From Candidatus Woesearchaeota archaeon (GTDB lineage: Archaea; Nanobdellota; Nanobdellia; SCGC-AAA011-G17; JACPIM01): 64,000 nt of DNA. The position numbers and the translations under genes were made by a program. Each line of letters begins with the position of its first letter. Position 1 is the first letter of the stretch. The DNA is taken from NCBI GenBank assembly GCA_964513145.1, contig CAZELK010000006.1:2051-66050 (forward strand). Direction: 5' to 3'. Below, piece after piece: positions 40,367 to 50,286 of the stretch. The notes beneath the pieces were generated by a model. It worked only from the letters and a program-made list of their open reading frames with translations. It did not search any database and was not told the DNA's origin.

Positions 40367-40509
40367 CTATCAGAAATGGGCGATTTAGAAATAATAGAAA
40401 AATTAACTGCTAAAAGTAAGCTTACAAAGAAAGATGTTTTAGAATTAAGCAGAAAAATAAATAATAATGTATCAAGAAAACTGGGATTATATTAATATAA
40501 TTAAAGGCA

Positions 40510-41367
40510 TTATTTTTTATTTTTTTCGCGCGCGAGACGTACCCCGAGCCCGCCATTCGAGAGATCAGGATTGCCATTGCAGCCCAGGTAAGCCCAGTCA
40601 GCAACAGCACCGAACCAAGCGACTCTACAATCAACAGGATACCAATAATTAAAATCAGTTCCTTCTTTTGTTGGCATTCCCTGCTTATTAAAAGAACTTA
40701 ATTCAACTTTACAGTCTTTCATTACACAAGTTTCTAGAGGTTCAGAATTTGTTGCTTCTAGTTTTTTACATTTAGTTCTATGATTGTAATTTAAATGTAA
40801 ATTTCCATTTTTATCTTCGAATTTGGCATCTAACCATTCTGCCCTATAAGGATCTCTTACTTCTGTAATATCCAAATAAAGAGTTTGCAAATCTGATTTT
40901 GATATTTTATTTCCCAATCCATCTTCTGCTTTACCTGATTTTAATAATAAAAGAAAATCTGCAAATTCTCTTAAGTTTAACATTCTTGCATCTTGCTTAT
41001 GGGCTTCTTTATGAGTTTCATACCAATTATTTCGGTGTAATATTCTTTCTTTAGCAACATATAAACTATGAGAAGGCATGAAAACATAATCTGCCAAATT
41101 AGCTTCTTGAACTGAAGTTATTTTTTCTAGTTTTTTCCCAATCATCTCTTGTTCTGTTACTTCTTCGGACTTTTCTTCTTGTTTTTTGTCTTTCTTTGAT
41201 TTTTCTAGCTGAATTTCTTGTTCAATATTGTCTGTTAAATATAATCCAGAACCAACTATTTCATTTAATTTAAATAGATAATCTTTCGAGAATTTATCAG
41301 AATCTGATATTTCTTTGCATATTTTCTCTAGTTCACTTTTCCAAGCTTCAAATGATTCAAAAACCAT
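40510..41367 (-). CDS. hypothetical protein (285 aa) with a compositionally foreign, GC-rich C-terminal domain
   Basis: Acidic/Lys-rich middle. C-terminus CRVAWFGAVADWAYLGCNGNPDLSNGGLGVRLAR is encoded by a ~60% GC stretch (40510-40640) with non-native codons (ctg, ggc, gcg, cgc). Confidence 0.55.
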   Translation of the reverse strand: MVFESFEAWKSELEKICKEISDSDKFSKDYLFKLNEIVGSGLYLTDNIEQEIQLEKSKKDKKQEEKSEEVTEQEMIGKKLEKITSVQEANLADYVFMPSHSLYVAKERILHRNNWYETHKEAHKQDARMLNLREFADFLLLLKSGKAEDGLGNKISKSDLQTLYLDITEVRDPYRAEWLDAKFEDKNGNLHLNYNHRTKCKKLEATNSEPLETCVMKDCKVELSSFNKQGMPTKEGTDFNYWYPVDCRVAWFGAVADWAYLGCNGNPDLSNGGLGVRLAREKNKK

Positions 41368-41529
41368 CTTAATTTTTGATAAATTTAAGCTTTTAAATCT
41401 TTCGACTTATTACTACTTATAAGTTATCAATATTACTTAGATAGTTTTAAATACTCTGATTGAGAATTATGTTCTATATACTTAGCTAGTATGGCTTTGT
41501 ATAGATAAATTAAATAGGAGAGATAAATA

Positions 41530-41703
41530 ATGGGATTTGAACACAAAGGCGGAAGAAGAGAAGGCGGAGGCGGATTTCAAAGAGAAGAATTTGAAATAAC
41601 TTGTGCTGATTGTCAGCAAAAGGCCAAAGTACCTTTCAAGCCAAGACCAGACAGACCTGCATATTGCAGAGAATGTTATAACTCTAAACATAGAGACAAG
41701 TAA
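41530..41703 (+). CDS. small Gly/Arg-rich zinc-ribbon protein (57 aa)
   Basis: MGFEHKGGRREGGGGF...CADCQQ...CRECYN. RBS aggagag lies 8 nt upstream. Preferred over the antisense track ORF 41482..41691. Confidence 0.45.
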   Translation: MGFEHKGGRREGGGGFQREEFEITCADCQQKAKVPFKPRPDRPAYCRECYNSKHRDK

Positions 41704-41724
41704 GAATTCTAAAGTAATTTTTAT

Positions 41725-42351
41725 TTAGGGGAAATTTTTTATTTTTGTTTTATTTTTTATTTTATAGTTAGATAGATTTCTATTTGTTTTTGCTAATTTT
41801 AATCTGGTTTCTTTAACCAATGCTAAAGATACAAAAACAGAAATCAAAGACAAAGTAAACATTGTAAAAAATAAGGCTTCAAAACCAAAGTATGAAACTA
41901 AAAAACCACCAGCTAAAGCTGCCAAAGAACTTATTATATAACTCATAGATTCCCAAGCACCCCATTCTGAAACATATTTATTTTTATCAATATTTTTTGA
42001 ATATAATCCATCATATAATGGAGATAAAACAGCTATTGCAAAACCAAATATTACCTCAACTATATACAAATGAACTGGTTTCGAGACAAACATATAACTA
42101 AAAAAACCCACTGAACTCAACAAATAACCAACTGGGAGCAATTTTTCTTTGTATTTTAGTCTATCCTCCCACTTGCTTATAATATAAATCAAAATTCCTG
42201 CGCTAATAGAAAATATGGCAATTGCGTAGCTTGCTTCTAAAATACCACCTTCAATTTTTTCAACAAAAATAGCATAAATCGGACCCAACATATTATTGAC
42301 GAATGTTGAAAATGCAGCAGCTAATAAAAGTATATTCAACTCTTTTTTCAT
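41725..42351 (-). CDS. 6-TM membrane protein (half-MFS-like)
   Basis: 208 aa, six hydrophobic helices. Confidence 0.5.
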   Translation of the reverse strand: MKKELNILLLAAAFSTFVNNMLGPIYAIFVEKIEGGILEASYAIAIFSISAGILIYIISKWEDRLKYKEKLLPVGYLLSSVGFFSYMFVSKPVHLYIVEVIFGFAIAVLSPLYDGLYSKNIDKNKYVSEWGAWESMSYIISSLAALAGGFLVSYFGFEALFFTMFTLSLISVFVSLALVKETRLKLAKTNRNLSNYKIKNKTKIKNFP

Positions 42352-42476
42352 GAATAAAAATAGATTTAATAAATATATAAATTTAATTAAAAAATTTTAC
42401 ACTCTTTTTTTGGCTTGGACTATTTAAAAAAGATTGCACCATTATAATTTTTAAAAAAATAATTTCCCAAATATTT

Positions 42477-42746
42477 TTATTTGGCATTTTGATCAACTAT
42501 TTTTTCCAGCTTGCCTTCTTCATGGCCAAATTCTTCTAATTTTCCGTTAATTAACTTGTAAGAGGTTTTACTAAAATGATCGTAGTTGCCATCGTTATCA
42601 AGATCGAAATAAGTTACTGTTTCTTTTTTAATTTCTTTTCTTTCTACTATTCCGAATGGATTAAATTTAAAGACAGCACATCTTAAAAAGTAAAGAGCGC
42701 CTAAAGCAGCCAGTACTCCAATAATGTAATTTTGTTTTTTTGACAT
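42477..42746 (-). CDS. hypothetical membrane-anchored protein (89 aa)
   Basis: N-terminal TM helix. Sits 1 nt from the sufC stop. Confidence 0.4.
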   Translation of the reverse strand: MSKKQNYIIGVLAALGALYFLRCAVFKFNPFGIVERKEIKKETVTYFDLDNDGNYDHFSKTSYKLINGKLEEFGHEEGKLEKIVDQNAK

Positions 42747-42747
42747 A

Positions 42748-43494
42748 TTAATTAGTTTCTTGCAATAATTTCTCGTAACCTTTGCTTTCTAATTCTACAG
42801 CCAAATCATGAGATCCTGTTTTTTTTATTTTTCCATCTACAAAAATATGAACTTGGTCTGGCTTTATGTACTGCAAAATTCTATTATAATGCGTAATCAA
42901 CAAAATACCCATATTAAGATTTTTTTTAATTGTGTTAATTCCTTCTGCAATTATCTTTAATGAATCTATGTCTGTACCACTGTCTGTTTCATCAAGAATT
43001 GCAAATTTTGGTTCTAAAATTGCCAACTGCAGTATTTCTGCCTTTTTCTTTTCTCCGCCAGAAAAGCCTTCGTTTAAATATCTTCTTGCAAATTTTTCAT
43101 CCATTTTTAACATTGACATTTTATCTTTCATTAATTTGTAAAACTCTAATACTGACATAGAAGAATCTTTTAATGTATTTAATGCTGTTCTTAAAAAGTT
43201 TGACAGGGTGACGCCGGAGATTTCAGAAGGATACTGGAAAGACAAAAATAACCCTTTTTTAGCCCTTATTTCCGGATTTGCATTTGTTATATCTTCTCCA
43301 TTTAATAAAATTCTCCCTTTTGTTATTTTGTATTTTGGTGAGCCCATTAAAGTATTTCCCAAAGAAGTTTTGCCGCTTCCATTCGGACCCATCAAAGCAA
43401 CTACTTCGCCTTTTTTTATTCTTAGATTTACGCCTTTGATTATTTCTTTATCTTCCAATGAAACATGCAGATCTTCAATTAATAATTCTTCCAT
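42748..43494 (-). CDS. sufC: Fe-S cluster assembly ATPase SufC
   Basis: Walker A GPNGSGKTS, signature LNEGFSGGEKK, Walker B ILDETDSG. The likely start is MEELLIEDLHV; the track ORF extends 12 codons upstream. Confidence 0.9.
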   Translation of the reverse strand: MEELLIEDLHVSLEDKEIIKGVNLRIKKGEVVALMGPNGSGKTSLGNTLMGSPKYKITKGRILLNGEDITNANPEIRAKKGLFLSFQYPSEISGVTLSNFLRTALNTLKDSSMSVLEFYKLMKDKMSMLKMDEKFARRYLNEGFSGGEKKKAEILQLAILEPKFAILDETDSGTDIDSLKIIAEGINTIKKNLNMGILLITHYNRILQYIKPDQVHIFVDGKIKKTGSHDLAVELESKGYEKLLQETN

Positions 43495-43504
43495 ATTTAT
43501 TCCC

Positions 43505-43945
43505 CTACAAACATACCTTATTTTTATCAATTACATTAAATATTTCTCCGCGGTATATTTTAATTACTCTTCTCAATGCTTCCAAACCTAAACAAGCACA
43601 TTTAACTCTTACTGGGCTAATCGGGATACTTAAAAGTTCGTAAACTTTTTCTTTTGTTATCCTTTCTGCTTCTTCTATTGTTTTCCCCTTTATTTCAGAA
43701 AGTAACATAGATGAGGCAGCCATACTTATTGCACAACCTTTCCCAAAAAATCTTATGTCTTTTATATAGTCACTTTCTATTTTAATTTGTACAGTTTCTT
43801 CATCCCCACACAATGGATTGAATTCCCTATGCTGAGCATCGAAATTTTCCAATTTACCAAATTGTCTTGGGTGTGTATAATGATCCAGAATATTCTCTCT
43901 GTAAATGCCTTCGCCAGCATAATTTTTATCAATTATTTCTGTCAT
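43505..43945 (-). CDS. sufU: SufU/IscU-type Fe-S scaffold (NifU N-terminal domain)
   Basis: 146 aa. Conserved Cys in LCGDEETV, GCAISMAAS and VKCACLG. Confidence 0.8.
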   Translation of the reverse strand: MTEIIDKNYAGEGIYRENILDHYTHPRQFGKLENFDAQHREFNPLCGDEETVQIKIESDYIKDIRFFGKGCAISMAASSMLLSEIKGKTIEEAERITKEKVYELLSIPISPVRVKCACLGLEALRRVIKIYRGEIFNVIDKNKVCL

Positions 43946-45173
43946 TTTTAAAAATGCTCCTTACTTTGTCTAAAGCCAAAATAAATTTATCAATTTCTTC
44001 TTTTGTATTGTAAAAATACAAACTTATTCTGCAAAGTGCTGCTTCTTTTAAAACTTCCCTTACCAAAGGCATTGCACACATGTGGCCAGCCCTTATTGCT
44101 ATGCCTTCTGAATCCAATATTGCAGCAACATCATGGGGATGAATGTCTGATAAATTAAATGATATTAAAGAGGACCTGTTTTTCGGACCATATATTTTTA
44201 TATCTTTTTGATCGAGTAATTTTTTATATAAATAATTTGTAAGCTCTTTTTCATAATCTTCGATATTTTCCATACTGATAAAATTCAGATAATCTATTGC
44301 TGCACCAAAAGCAACTGCTTCAGCAATTTGAGGAGTGCCTGCTTCAAATTTCCAAGGCAATGTATTAAAAGTTGCATAGTCAAATGCAACTTCTCTTATC
44401 ATATCTCCACCATACAGGAAAGGAGTCATTTTTTCCAATAAATGTTTTTTACCATATAAAACCCCTATTCCAGTAGGGCCGCACATTTTATGACCTGAAA
44501 AAACCAAAAAATCTACATCCAAATCTTTTACATCAACCTTCATGTGCGGAACACTTTGGGCACCATCAACAATGAATAATGAATTATTTTCATGAACTAA
44601 TCTTGATATTTCCTTTACTGGATTTATTGTACCCAATACATTTGAGACATGTGTTATTGAGACTATTTTTGTTTTTTTATTTAATAGTTTTTTTAAATGG
44701 TTTAAATCTAAATTTCCTTCTTTGTCTACTTTTACAAAGTTCAATTTTAATTTTTTTAGTTTTGCTAATTGCTGCCAAGGAACTATATTGCTGTGATGCT
44801 CCATTTGGGAGACAATTATTTCATCATTTTCATTTAAATTATTTAACAATGAATAAGCAACTAAATTCAATGACTCAGTTGTATTTTTAGTAAATATTAT
44901 CTCTTCGAAACCAGAATTAATAAATTCAGCAACTTTTTTATGGGCTTCTTCGTACAGCAAAGTTGATTCTTCAGCTAATTTGTGAATACCACGATGAATA
45001 TTTGCATTGTGTTTTTCAAAGAAATCTTTTAATGTATTTATAACAATTGCTGGTTTTTGTGATGTAGCTCCAGAGTCCAAATAGATTAAAGGCTTATTAT
45101 TAACTATTCTAGCAAGTATTGGGAAGTCTTTTCTTATCTTCTCTATATTAATTTGTTTTGTTAAAATTTCCAT
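43929..45173 (-). CDS. sufS: Cysteine desulfurase SufS (class II aminotransferase V)
   Basis: 414 aa. PLP lysine in FSGHKMCGPTGIG and catalytic Cys in RAGHMCAMP. Confidence 0.9.
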   Translation of the reverse strand: MEILTKQINIEKIRKDFPILARIVNNKPLIYLDSGATSQKPAIVINTLKDFFEKHNANIHRGIHKLAEESTLLYEEAHKKVAEFINSGFEEIIFTKNTTESLNLVAYSLLNNLNENDEIIVSQMEHHSNIVPWQQLAKLKKLKLNFVKVDKEGNLDLNHLKKLLNKKTKIVSITHVSNVLGTINPVKEISRLVHENNSLFIVDGAQSVPHMKVDVKDLDVDFLVFSGHKMCGPTGIGVLYGKKHLLEKMTPFLYGGDMIREVAFDYATFNTLPWKFEAGTPQIAEAVAFGAAIDYLNFISMENIEDYEKELTNYLYKKLLDQKDIKIYGPKNRSSLISFNLSDIHPHDVAAILDSEGIAIRAGHMCAMPLVREVLKEAALCRISLYFYNTKEEIDKFILALDKVRSIFKNDRNN

Positions 45174-45174
45174 T

Positions 45175-46359
45175 TTATTTTAATTTAGAATTTATTGCTT
45201 TTCTAAGATTTTTTCTTGCCTCTTTTATTTTAATTTTTCTTATTATTGGATCAAAAAAACCTTTTATCATTAATTTTACAGCCTTATCTTCAGGCAATCC
45301 CCTTGATTTCAAGTAAAATAATTTTTCTCTGTCTAATCTCGAGACTGTTGTACCATGACTACATTTTACATCATTATTGTTAATTTCTAAATTCGGTATC
45401 GGGTCTATCTCAGCATTTGAACTTAATAACAAAGCATCCTGCTTTTGATAACCATTTGAGTTTGAGGCATTTTCAGCTATTTTTACAAGACCATTATAAA
45501 CTACTTTTGATTTATTATCTAAAACGCCACGAACAGCCATATCTGATTTTGTATGCTTAGAATTGTGGTATATTGAAGAATTAAAATCAAACTGCTGCTC
45601 TTTGTTTGAGAAAAATAAACTAAAAACATTTGTGCTTGAGCCTTCTTCTTCTAATTTTGTAAGTATTTCTGATTTTGTTAATTTACTGCCTAAGCAAAAA
45701 TCAATCCAATTAATATTTGCATTTTTGTTAACAACAGCTCTTTTTGTAGAAAAATTTATTGTGTTTTGTGAAAGATTTTGGAAGTTTATATAATTTAAAC
45801 TTGAATTATTATTTACAAAGATTTCTGTTATTTTTGTTTTGTAGGATTTATTTTCATTGCTTGATAATTCTTCTTCAAAAATAGATGCTGAACTATTTTC
45901 ACCTAAAATAATTATATTATGCTGAAATTCTGAATCTCCACCTATATTTGATAATTTAATGGGCTCTTTTAAAGTAACATTCTCTGGGACATATACTAAT
46001 ACCCCTTTATTCCATAATAATGTATGCAAGGCTTCGAATTTACCTATTGATGGAAAACAAGAAAGAAAATGTTTTTTTATTAAATCTTCATGGCTTTTTA
46101 ATGCTACAGATAAATTTTCTATAATTACATCTTTATAGTTTGGTAATTTAATTTCTTTTTTCTCCGGAAGTTGAATCTCGTTTAGATTTATTTCTGATGA
46201 GTTAAGAGTTATTGCTATCCCGTACTTTAATTGTGGCAATGGCAAAGAATTGAAAATATTTAAAGCATTTAATCTTTTTTCCTTCATCCAAGCAGGCTCA
46301 TCGCTATTTTGGATTTGGTTTATTATTTCTCTGTCCTGAAAATTTAAATTTTGATTCAT
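45175..46359 (-). CDS. sufD: Fe-S cluster assembly protein SufD
   Basis: 394 aa. SufB/D beta-helix family. Shorter than the adjacent SufB and lacks its Cys motifs. Confidence 0.8.
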   Translation of the reverse strand: MNQNLNFQDREIINQIQNSDEPAWMKEKRLNALNIFNSLPLPQLKYGIAITLNSSEINLNEIQLPEKKEIKLPNYKDVIIENLSVALKSHEDLIKKHFLSCFPSIGKFEALHTLLWNKGVLVYVPENVTLKEPIKLSNIGGDSEFQHNIIILGENSSASIFEEELSSNENKSYKTKITEIFVNNNSSLNYINFQNLSQNTINFSTKRAVVNKNANINWIDFCLGSKLTKSEILTKLEEEGSSTNVFSLFFSNKEQQFDFNSSIYHNSKHTKSDMAVRGVLDNKSKVVYNGLVKIAENASNSNGYQKQDALLLSSNAEIDPIPNLEINNNDVKCSHGTTVSRLDREKLFYLKSRGLPEDKAVKLMIKGFFDPIIRKIKIKEARKNLRKAINSKLK

Positions 46360-46390
46360 TTTAACCTTTTTTGTGAAAAAAACTTTTTAT

Positions 46391-47800
46391 TTAACCCAGA
46401 GACTTATCCATTTCTAATTCAATTAACCTGTTTAATTCTACAGCATATTCCAGTGGCAGTGCTTTTACTATTGGTTCTATAAAACCAGCTACAATCATTT
46501 TCATAGCCTGTTCTTCTGACAAACCTCTTGATCTTAAGTAAAATATTTGTTCATCACTTATTTTACCAACAGTTGCTTCATGAGCTATTTCAGCGTCATT
46601 TTCTTTTATTTCCATATAAGGAAATGTATTTGATTTTGACTGCTCATCAATTAGCAGAGCGTCACATTGAACAGCAGCTTTTGTATTTAAAGCGCCTTTT
46701 GCAACTTTCAACAAACCCCTATAAGATGTTATACCGCCGTCTTTGGCAATACTCTTTGATCTTGTTACTGATGTTGTTTCAGGAGCTAAATGATAAATTT
46801 TTGTTCCAGTATCCTGATTTTGTCCTTTACCTGCGAATGCAATTCCAAGAAAATCCGATCTTGCTTTTCTTCCAATTAAAACAGAACAAGGATATAACAT
46901 TGTACATCGGCTTCCCGAATTTCCATTTAACCAGTTGATTGTACCTTCTTCATCTACAATTGCTCTTTTTGTATTTAAATTAAAAGTATTTTTTGACCAA
47001 TTTTCTACACTTATGTAAGATGCTTTTGCTTTTTTCTTAACATGAATTTCAACACAACCAGCATGAATAGAACTTGCTACATACTGCGGAGCGGAGCAAC
47101 CTTCAAAATATTGCATTTCTGCACCTTCATCTACAATAATTAAAGTATGTTCAAATTGACCCATTTTTTCTGCATTCATTCTGAAATAAGCTTGTAATGG
47201 AACTTCAACTTTAACATTTTTAGGTATATAAATAAAAGTCCCACCAGACCAGACTGCAGCATGCAAAGCAGAAAACTTATGCAAGGCAACTGGAACACAT
47301 CTTGTCATAAAATGCTTTTTAAATAATTCCGGATATTTATTAATAGCTATGTCACAGTCAGTGAAAATGACCCCTTTTTCTTCCAAATCTTTTTTTAAAT
47401 TATGATAAACTGCCTGAGACTCATATTGCAATCCAACGCCACCAAGAACATTTCTTTCTGCTTCTGGAATTCCTAATTTTTCAAAGGTTCTCCTAATATC
47501 TTCTGGCAAGTCTTCCCATTTTGTTGCATTCTCTTTTGCATCGGGAGTAGCGAAAAATTTTATTTTATTAAAATCATTCATTAATTGACTTATATCAGGA
47601 CCCCAATTCGGAATTGGCATGGAGTTAAATATTTTTAAAGCATTTAACCTAAATTGGCGCATCCATTCAGGTTCCTTTTTATAATCAGAAATTTTATGAA
47701 TAATTTCTTCTGTTAAACCTTCGCCAGCAATGTATTTAAACCGATCTTCATTTTTATGATCAAACATCTCTCTTGATAATTGTTCTTGAATTTGTTTCAT
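46391..47800 (-). CDS. sufB: Fe-S cluster assembly protein SufB
   Basis: 469 aa, with a typical SufB conserved C-terminal region. Confidence 0.9.
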   Translation of the reverse strand: MKQIQEQLSREMFDHKNEDRFKYIAGEGLTEEIIHKISDYKKEPEWMRQFRLNALKIFNSMPIPNWGPDISQLMNDFNKIKFFATPDAKENATKWEDLPEDIRRTFEKLGIPEAERNVLGGVGLQYESQAVYHNLKKDLEEKGVIFTDCDIAINKYPELFKKHFMTRCVPVALHKFSALHAAVWSGGTFIYIPKNVKVEVPLQAYFRMNAEKMGQFEHTLIIVDEGAEMQYFEGCSAPQYVASSIHAGCVEIHVKKKAKASYISVENWSKNTFNLNTKRAIVDEEGTINWLNGNSGSRCTMLYPCSVLIGRKARSDFLGIAFAGKGQNQDTGTKIYHLAPETTSVTRSKSIAKDGGITSYRGLLKVAKGALNTKAAVQCDALLIDEQSKSNTFPYMEIKENDAEIAHEATVGKISDEQIFYLRSRGLSEEQAMKMIVAGFIEPIVKALPLEYAVELNRLIELEMDKSLG

Positions 47801-47802
47801 TT

Positions 47803-48972
47803 TTATATTAGAATTTTTGATTCTACCTCCCTCTTGAAAGTTTTATTTCTAAGAATGTCTACAATCTCAGCCAGAATTTTAGCAACATAATTTATTTCTT
47901 CCTCTGTATTAAATTTTGATAATGTAAACCTTAAAGTCCCTCTTGCATAATCTTCGGAAATATTTAATGCTCTTATCACATGGCTTACGCCAATTTTATG
48001 CGAAGAACATGCTGAACCGCTGGAAACATAAATTCCATAATCATTTAAATGCAAGATTAAAGTTTCAGACTCCATTCCCTTAATTGATATGTTTAAAGTA
48101 TTGGGGAGTCTTAATTCAGGGTGACCATTTAATTTTGAATTTTGTATTTTTAATAGTGAACTTTCTAATTTATTTCTTAGACTAATTAATTTTTTTACAA
48201 TTACTTCCTTATCTTGCTGTGAAATCTCCAAGGCTTTTGTAAAACCTATTATTGACAACAGGTTCTCAGTTCCAGATCTTAAACCAAATTCCTGCTCTCC
48301 ACCATGAATTAATGGATCCAATTTTATTCCTTTTTTTACATATAATAAGCCGGCTCCTTTTGGGCCATGCATTTTTATTGAATTTAATGTTAGTAATGAA
48401 CAATTTAAGTTATTCACATTTAAATCCAATAAAAAAGCTTGACAAGCATCTGTGTGGAAAATAATATTCTTTTCTTTTGATATATTTCCTATTTCAGAAA
48501 TATTTTGTATAGTTCCGATTTCATTATTTGCGTAGATTATTGAAATTAGAATTGTATTTTTTGTAATCTCTTTTTTTAGTTTTTCTAAATCTATTAAACC
48601 ATATTTATCCACGTCCAGATAAGTTACCTTAAAACCCTGTGTTTCCAAATATTTACATGTGTTTAATACAGAATGATGCTCTATTTTTGATGTGATAATA
48701 TGATTGCCTTTTGATTTGTTTGCAAAGACAGCACCTTTAATTGCTAAATTATTACTTTCAGTTCCGCCTGAAGTGAAAATAATTTCGTTAGATCCTGTTT
48801 TTAAAATTTCAGCTGCTTTTTGCCTGCAGTTGTCCAAGATGTTTTTTGCTTCGCTACCAAGATCGTGAAAACTACTTGGATTATAATAAATTTCCTCATA
48901 TTTCTGCATTTCTTCTTTAACTAATGGATCTAGTTGTGCAGAAGCTGCATTGTCAAGATAAATTTGTTTCAT
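47803..48972 (-). CDS. Cysteine desulfurase, NifS/IscS-like (class I)
   Basis: 389 aa. PLP Lys in SIKMHGPKGAG and SGSACSS active-site loop. Confidence 0.85.
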   Translation of the reverse strand: MKQIYLDNAASAQLDPLVKEEMQKYEEIYYNPSSFHDLGSEAKNILDNCRQKAAEILKTGSNEIIFTSGGTESNNLAIKGAVFANKSKGNHIITSKIEHHSVLNTCKYLETQGFKVTYLDVDKYGLIDLEKLKKEITKNTILISIIYANNEIGTIQNISEIGNISKEKNIIFHTDACQAFLLDLNVNNLNCSLLTLNSIKMHGPKGAGLLYVKKGIKLDPLIHGGEQEFGLRSGTENLLSIIGFTKALEISQQDKEVIVKKLISLRNKLESSLLKIQNSKLNGHPELRLPNTLNISIKGMESETLILHLNDYGIYVSSGSACSSHKIGVSHVIRALNISEDYARGTLRFTLSKFNTEEEINYVAKILAEIVDILRNKTFKREVESKILI

Positions 48973-49345
48973 TTTTTTTTGTTAAGCAAATATCACAAGT
49001 ATCTGGCAAGCCTTCGTTATGATATTGACAGGCTTTACAAACAACTTTATTTTGTAGTGCACTTTCAAGCAAATGCTGCATTTCTTGGAACAATAATTTT
49101 CCATTTTGTGAAATTAATTGCGCTGATTTTTTTATCTCTTCTTTTGTCTGATCATCAAATGTAATTTCGTTTGCCCTTTTTTCCCGGATATATTGTGAAA
49201 CTGCTGCTTCTGTTACTCCTATTACCTTAGCTATAGTTTTTTGATCCAAGCCAAGCTTTTTCATTTCCAAAGTTAATTCTTTCCTTAAAGCAGGCAGAAT
49301 ATACCAAACAGCTATTTCCTGAGGTTGTAGATTTTTCTTAACCAT
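48953..49345 (-). CDS. HTH (XRE-like) transcriptional regulator with C-terminal Cys cluster; first gene of the suf operon
   Basis: 130 aa. HTH segment QKTIAKVIGVTEAAVSQYI. C-terminal CKACQ...CDIC. Confidence 0.6.
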   Translation of the reverse strand: MVKKNLQPQEIAVWYILPALRKELTLEMKKLGLDQKTIAKVIGVTEAAVSQYIREKRANEITFDDQTKEEIKKSAQLISQNGKLLFQEMQHLLESALQNKVVCKACQYHNEGLPDTCDICLTKKNETNLS

Positions 49346-49453
49346 AGTTAATTTTTGTTCTTAAATATATATAAAACTATCTGTTCGACCTTATTCTCCC
49401 TTAAAAGTGGTATTTGCCAAATAAAAAATTTTAAAATGGCGTGAAACCTTAAT

Positions 49454-49594
49454 ATGAAAATGAAATGCACTATATGTGGAGAAAAAATTGAAACTGGAAT
49501 TTTAGATAAGGTTAGAGGGACTTATATAAAGAAAAAAATTGTCTGTTCTGCTTGCCAAAGCAAATACAAAGACAAGATTTTAGAAAAAATTTAA
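49454..49594 (+). CDS. small zinc-ribbon protein (46 aa), tentative
   Basis: MKMKCTICGEKI...CSACQSKY. Too short for the ORF track. Confidence 0.3.
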   Translation: MKMKCTICGEKIETGILDKVRGTYIKKKIVCSACQSKYKDKILEKI

Positions 49595-49626
49595 TTAAAA
49601 TAAATTATTGACAAGAATAATTATAT

Positions 49627-49698
49627 GCCTCTGTAACTCAATGGCAGAGTGCCGCCTTCGTAAGGCGGAGGTTTTGGGTTCAAATCCCATCAGAGGCT
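49627..49698 (+). tRNA. tRNA-Thr (anticodon CGT)
   Basis: Acceptor GCCTCTG/CAGAGGC. D arm ACTC-AATGGC-GAGT. Anticodon arm CCGCC-TTCGTAA-GGCGG. T arm TTGGG-TTCAAAT-CCCAT. Discriminator T. Confidence 0.85.
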
Positions 49699-49709
49699 TT
49701 ATTACAAAA

Positions 49710-49853
49710 TTATTTTATTTTTTCACGTAATTTGTTTAAAAGCTTATATTCCTCTTTTGTTGCATTACCTTCTTTGCACTTTGCTTCTAAGGCAGCAAGT
49801 TGCTCACGATATCCTTTTTGTACTTTAACTATATCTTTTTTTCCACAACCCAT
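49710..49853 (-). CDS. small Lys-rich protein (47 aa), tentative
   Basis: MGCGKKDIVKVQKGYREQLAALEAKCKEGNATKEEYKLLNKLREKIK. Obtained by manual translation; not in the track. Confidence 0.25.
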   Translation of the reverse strand: MGCGKKDIVKVQKGYREQLAALEAKCKEGNATKEEYKLLNKLREKIK

Positions 49854-50286
49854 TTTAAATATGTATTTTGTTAATATTTAAATATTGGGAAACAATTTGC
49901 GTATAGGACACAGACATATTACAGAGAACTTTGCATAATTAACTTTTTACAGAGAACTTTTATATTATTTGGGTTTGGTCCAATTACAACTTTAAGTTGT
50001 GTGGGTTTTCTTTGTTTTTTATTTAATTTTTAATTAAATTGTTATAGCTCTTGCTATGTTGCTTTTTATTAGGAAATTTAGTCTGTGAAAATTGTATGCT
50101 AGGTATACAAATCCCTGCTGCACATAAACTCTTGGTTTTCTATAATAAAAATATCTTCAAGTTCTACTTCTCTCGTTGTATGTGTTCAGGAAAATATCTG
50201 GTAGTATTGAAAGTGCAATTCTCCAAGTACAGTTCCTGCTAACAGATCCAAACTAACTCTCGTGGCTTCGCCAGGGGCTTTAATCC

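Noticed and set aside
41482-41691. Minus-strand 69-aa ORF.
   Set aside because: A plus-strand zinc-ribbon ORF (41530..41703) with an SD-like RBS and a plausible protein sequence occupies the same DNA. The minus-strand product is low-complexity.
50051-50242. 63-aa plus-strand ORF in the 430-bp intergenic region.
   Set aside because: Low-complexity Cys/Leu-rich product with no RBS and no support. Probably non-coding.
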